This document shows positions 61,756 to 64,000 of a stretch of DNA of 64,000 nucleotides, one piece after another. Every line of letters begins with the position of its first letter. Within the stretch, counting starts at the first letter, position 1. Both the position numbers and the translations under genes were made by a program. The stretch is from Acidimicrobiales bacterium (GTDB lineage: Bacteria > Actinomycetota > Acidimicrobiia > Acidimicrobiales > Bin134), in assembly GCA_963663255.1 (NCBI GenBank), contig OY760141.1, positions 2,765,103-2,829,102 of the forward strand, given 5' to 3'. The notes under the pieces were generated by a model, which saw only the letters and a list, made by a program, of their open reading frames with translations, did no database searches and had not been told where the DNA came from.

Positions 61756-62880
61756 GTGAGCAGTGTTGCGCAGACCCCAACGATCACCATCCCTCCAGAC
61801 CTGTTGCCCGAAGACGGCCGCTTCGGCAGCGGCCCGTCTCGGGTGCGCCCAGATGCGGCCGCCGCACTGGCCGCAGCCGCCGACAACTTCCTCGGAACCA
61901 GCCATCGCAAGACCACCGTCAAGGATGTGGTCCATCGGCTCCGGGCCGGGGTGGCCGAGTTGTTCTGCCTGCCCGACGGCTACGAAGTGGTCCTGGGCAA
62001 CGGAGGCACAACCGGATTCTGGGACGCTGCCATCTTCAACCTGATCGAGAGCCGCAGCCAACATCTGAGCTTCGGGGCCTTTTCGGCCAAATTCGCTGCC
62101 GGTGTGGCCGGCGCCCCCCACCTACAAGAGCCCGTGATCATCAGCTCCGTACCCGGCACCCATCCCGAGGCCGTGGCCGACTCATCGGTGGACGCCTATG
62201 CCCTGACCCACAATGAGACATCCACCGGGGTTTCAATGGAGCTGCACCGCCCAAGTGAGGAGGGCCTCGTGTTGGTCGATGCCACGTCGGGCGCTGGCGG
62301 GCTGCGATTCGATCCCGCCGAGACCGACGTGTACTACTTCGCCCCCCAGAAGTGCCTAGCCGCCGATGGCGGACTATGGCTGGCCTGCTGCTCGCCTGCC
62401 GCGGTGGAGAGGATCAAGCGCATTGCGGCCTCCGACCGCTGGATCCCGCCATTCCTCGACTTGAGCATCGCAATCAACAGCTCCCGGAAGGACGAGACAT
62501 ACAACACTCCGGCGCTAGCCACCGTGTTTCTGGCCGTGCACCAAGTGGAGTGGATCAACAGCAACGGCGGACTGGAGTGGGCCGCCACGCGCTGCGACCG
62601 GTCTGCCGACGTCATATACACCTGGGCCGAGAACCGGGACTTCACCACGCCGTTCGTGGCCGACACCGCCGTTCGCAGCCACGTGGTGGCCACCATAGAC
62701 TTCGACAGCGTTTCGGCCGATGAGGTAGCCGCGGTGCTGAGAACCAACGGAGTAGTTGACGTGGAGTCGTACCGAGCGCTTGGCCGCAACCAACTCCGCG
62801 TGGCCCTGTTCCCCGCCATTCCCCCTTCCGACATCGCGGCGCTGTGCGGCTGCATCGACTACGTGGTCGAGAATCTGTAG
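61756..62880 (+). CDS. serC: Phosphoserine aminotransferase (actinobacterial type)
   Basis: 374 aa, GTG start; DGRFGSGPSRVRP, YFAPQKCLAADGGLW. Confidence 0.85.
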   Translation: MSSVAQTPTITIPPDLLPEDGRFGSGPSRVRPDAAAALAAAADNFLGTSHRKTTVKDVVHRLRAGVAELFCLPDGYEVVLGNGGTTGFWDAAIFNLIESRSQHLSFGAFSAKFAAGVAGAPHLQEPVIISSVPGTHPEAVADSSVDAYALTHNETSTGVSMELHRPSEEGLVLVDATSGAGGLRFDPAETDVYYFAPQKCLAADGGLWLACCSPAAVERIKRIAASDRWIPPFLDLSIAINSSRKDETYNTPALATVFLAVHQVEWINSNGGLEWAATRCDRSADVIYTWAENRDFTTPFVADTAVRSHVVATIDFDSVSADEVAAVLRTNGVVDVESYRALGRNQLRVALFPAIPPSDIAALCGCIDYVVENL

Positions 62881-62882
62881 CA

Positions 62883-63443
62883 ATGGACATGGGGCCCGAC
62901 ACCTCCGGCAAGCTGCTGGTGGCCACCCCGCTTATCGGCGACGGAAATTTTGAGCGCACCGTGGTGCTGATGCTGGCCCATCAAGAAGAGGGAGCCGCCG
63001 GTGTGGTACTCAACCGCCCTTCGGGCCTGCTGGTCAGCGATGCCCTCCCCCAGTGGGCACCGCACCTAGTCTCGCCGCCCACCATGTTCATCGGCGGACC
63101 GGTGTCCAACGAGTCGGTAGTGGCCCTGGCGCGAGTGCGCCAAGACCCCGACCAAGGGTGGTGGACCCCCGTGCTCGGCCTGGTGGGTACCCTCGATCTA
63201 GAGGCCGACGCCAACGAGGTGGCCAGCGCAGTAGACGGAGTCCGCCTGTTCGCCGGCTACGCCGGCTGGTCCCCCGGCCAGCTCGAGGGAGAGATCGAAT
63301 CCGGCGCCTGGTTCGTAGTCGAAGCCGACCCTGCCGACCTCCTCACCGAAGACCCTGGCGACCTGTGGCCCACCGTCCTCGCCCGCCAACCCTCTCCCAT
63401 CTCCTGGTTCACCCACTACCCCACCCACCCCAGCCACAACTGA
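62883..63443 (+). CDS. YqgE/AlgH-family (UPF0301) protein
   Basis: Start chosen at ATG 62883; GKLLVATPLIGDGNFERTVVLMLAHQEEGAAGVVLNRP, LFAGYAGWSPGQLEGEI. Confidence 0.8.
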   Translation: MDMGPDTSGKLLVATPLIGDGNFERTVVLMLAHQEEGAAGVVLNRPSGLLVSDALPQWAPHLVSPPTMFIGGPVSNESVVALARVRQDPDQGWWTPVLGLVGTLDLEADANEVASAVDGVRLFAGYAGWSPGQLEGEIESGAWFVVEADPADLLTEDPGDLWPTVLARQPSPISWFTHYPTHPSHN

Positions 63444-63449
63444 CCGGGA

Positions 63450-64000
63450 CTAGCCCAAGCGAGTGCGGAGATCGGCGGCGAGGCGCGCTATCTCAGGTGG
63501 GAGGTTGAGGGTGTCGAGGTGGTCGAGATCGGCGCGGGCTTGGTCGGGGTCGCCGAGGCCGATGGAGAGCCAAGCTCGCCAGAGACGGGCTTCGGGGTGC
63601 TTGGGAGCGGCTTCGACTGCTTGGTAGATGCGACGGACGCCTTCGGTGATCTGTTCCTCCAGGCCGGTCTGGATGAGGAGTACTCCGCTGAACGTCAGAG
63701 CCCCGGGATGATTGGGGTGGTCGGCTAGCACGGCCTGGTACACCCGGAGCGCAAGTGCTGGGTCGCCCTGGTCGGGAGTGGTTGGATCCCATAGAGCGCG
63801 GGCCGCGGCCACCGCGTCATCGGCGGCAAGTCCAAGGTCGGCCAGCGTCTCAAATTGCTCCTGGGCCTGCAAGACAATCTGGCAGAGGGCGATATTGGTC
63901 CGCAGGCCCTGGGTTTCCACTAGCTGGGAGATGAATTCGGGGGGATTGGTGGCATCAAAGGCGGCCAGTTCCCCCGCCGCGCCGAAACAGTCGCCGGTGC
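63450..64000 (-). CDS. Partial CDS (N-terminus beyond right edge): TPR-like helical repeat protein
   Basis: The frame stays open upstream of the track start (63920) to the window edge (my translation: ...GDCFGAAGELAAFDATNPPEFISQLVETQGL...). Helical-repeat-like composition (ALRVYQAVLADHPNHPGAL). Confidence 0.45.
   Translation of the reverse strand, partial: TGDCFGAAGELAAFDATNPPEFISQLVETQGLRTNIALCQIVLQAQEQFETLADLGLAADDAVAAARALWDPTTPDQGDPALALRVYQAVLADHPNHPGALTFSGVLLIQTGLEEQITEGVRRIYQAVEAAPKHPEARLWRAWLSIGLGDPDQARADLDHLDTLNLPPEIARLAADLRTRLG

Overview
High-GC chromosome segment of actinobacterial type. The evidence is a mycothiol/DinB-type MDMPI enzyme, an LLM oxidoreductase, long-form LeuA, actinobacterial-type SerC and frequent GTGA/ATGA coupled genes. 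A guess of Acidimicrobiia is inference only. All calls come from reading the six-frame track and the raw sequence; no searches were run, so family names rest on recognised motifs.

Most of the window is core genome:
- an ArsR-led pair and a ribose-type sugar ABC importer with two near-identical promoter/operator copies
- cbtBA and tmRNA (ssrA)
- SDR, AlkA-like glycosylase and the HTH-phoH-ybeY-corC operon
- a CoA-dependent catabolic cluster (acyl-CoA synthetase, CaiB-type CoA-transferase, crotonase, amidohydrolase, LLM, MDR reductase) bracketed by two LIV-type ABC importers with unusual gene fusions and acidic-repeat lipoprotein receptors
- tRNA-Gln next to gltX
- a dispersed Leu/Ser biosynthesis neighbourhood: cimA-ilvE-leuB, leuCD, leuA behind a Leu-codon leader-peptide attenuator, serA, aspC-like, serC.

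The outstanding accessory element is a ~10.9-kb island (7186-18043) inserted in the 3' end of ssrA and bounded by a perfect 21-bp direct repeat. It has no integrase or other mobility gene. It carries only a same-strand three-gene cassette:
- an AAA+/DUF4143 ATPase with a PD-(D/E)xK-like tail
- a 1388-aa STAND/NACHT-like NTPase whose nuclease-like motif sits at the C-terminus, which is an inverted architecture
- a 1710-aa single polypeptide fusing a DEDD exonuclease, a RecQ (SF2) helicase and a UvrD (SF1) helicase.

I do not recognise this combination as any named defence system and regard it as the best candidate for an undescribed system in the window.
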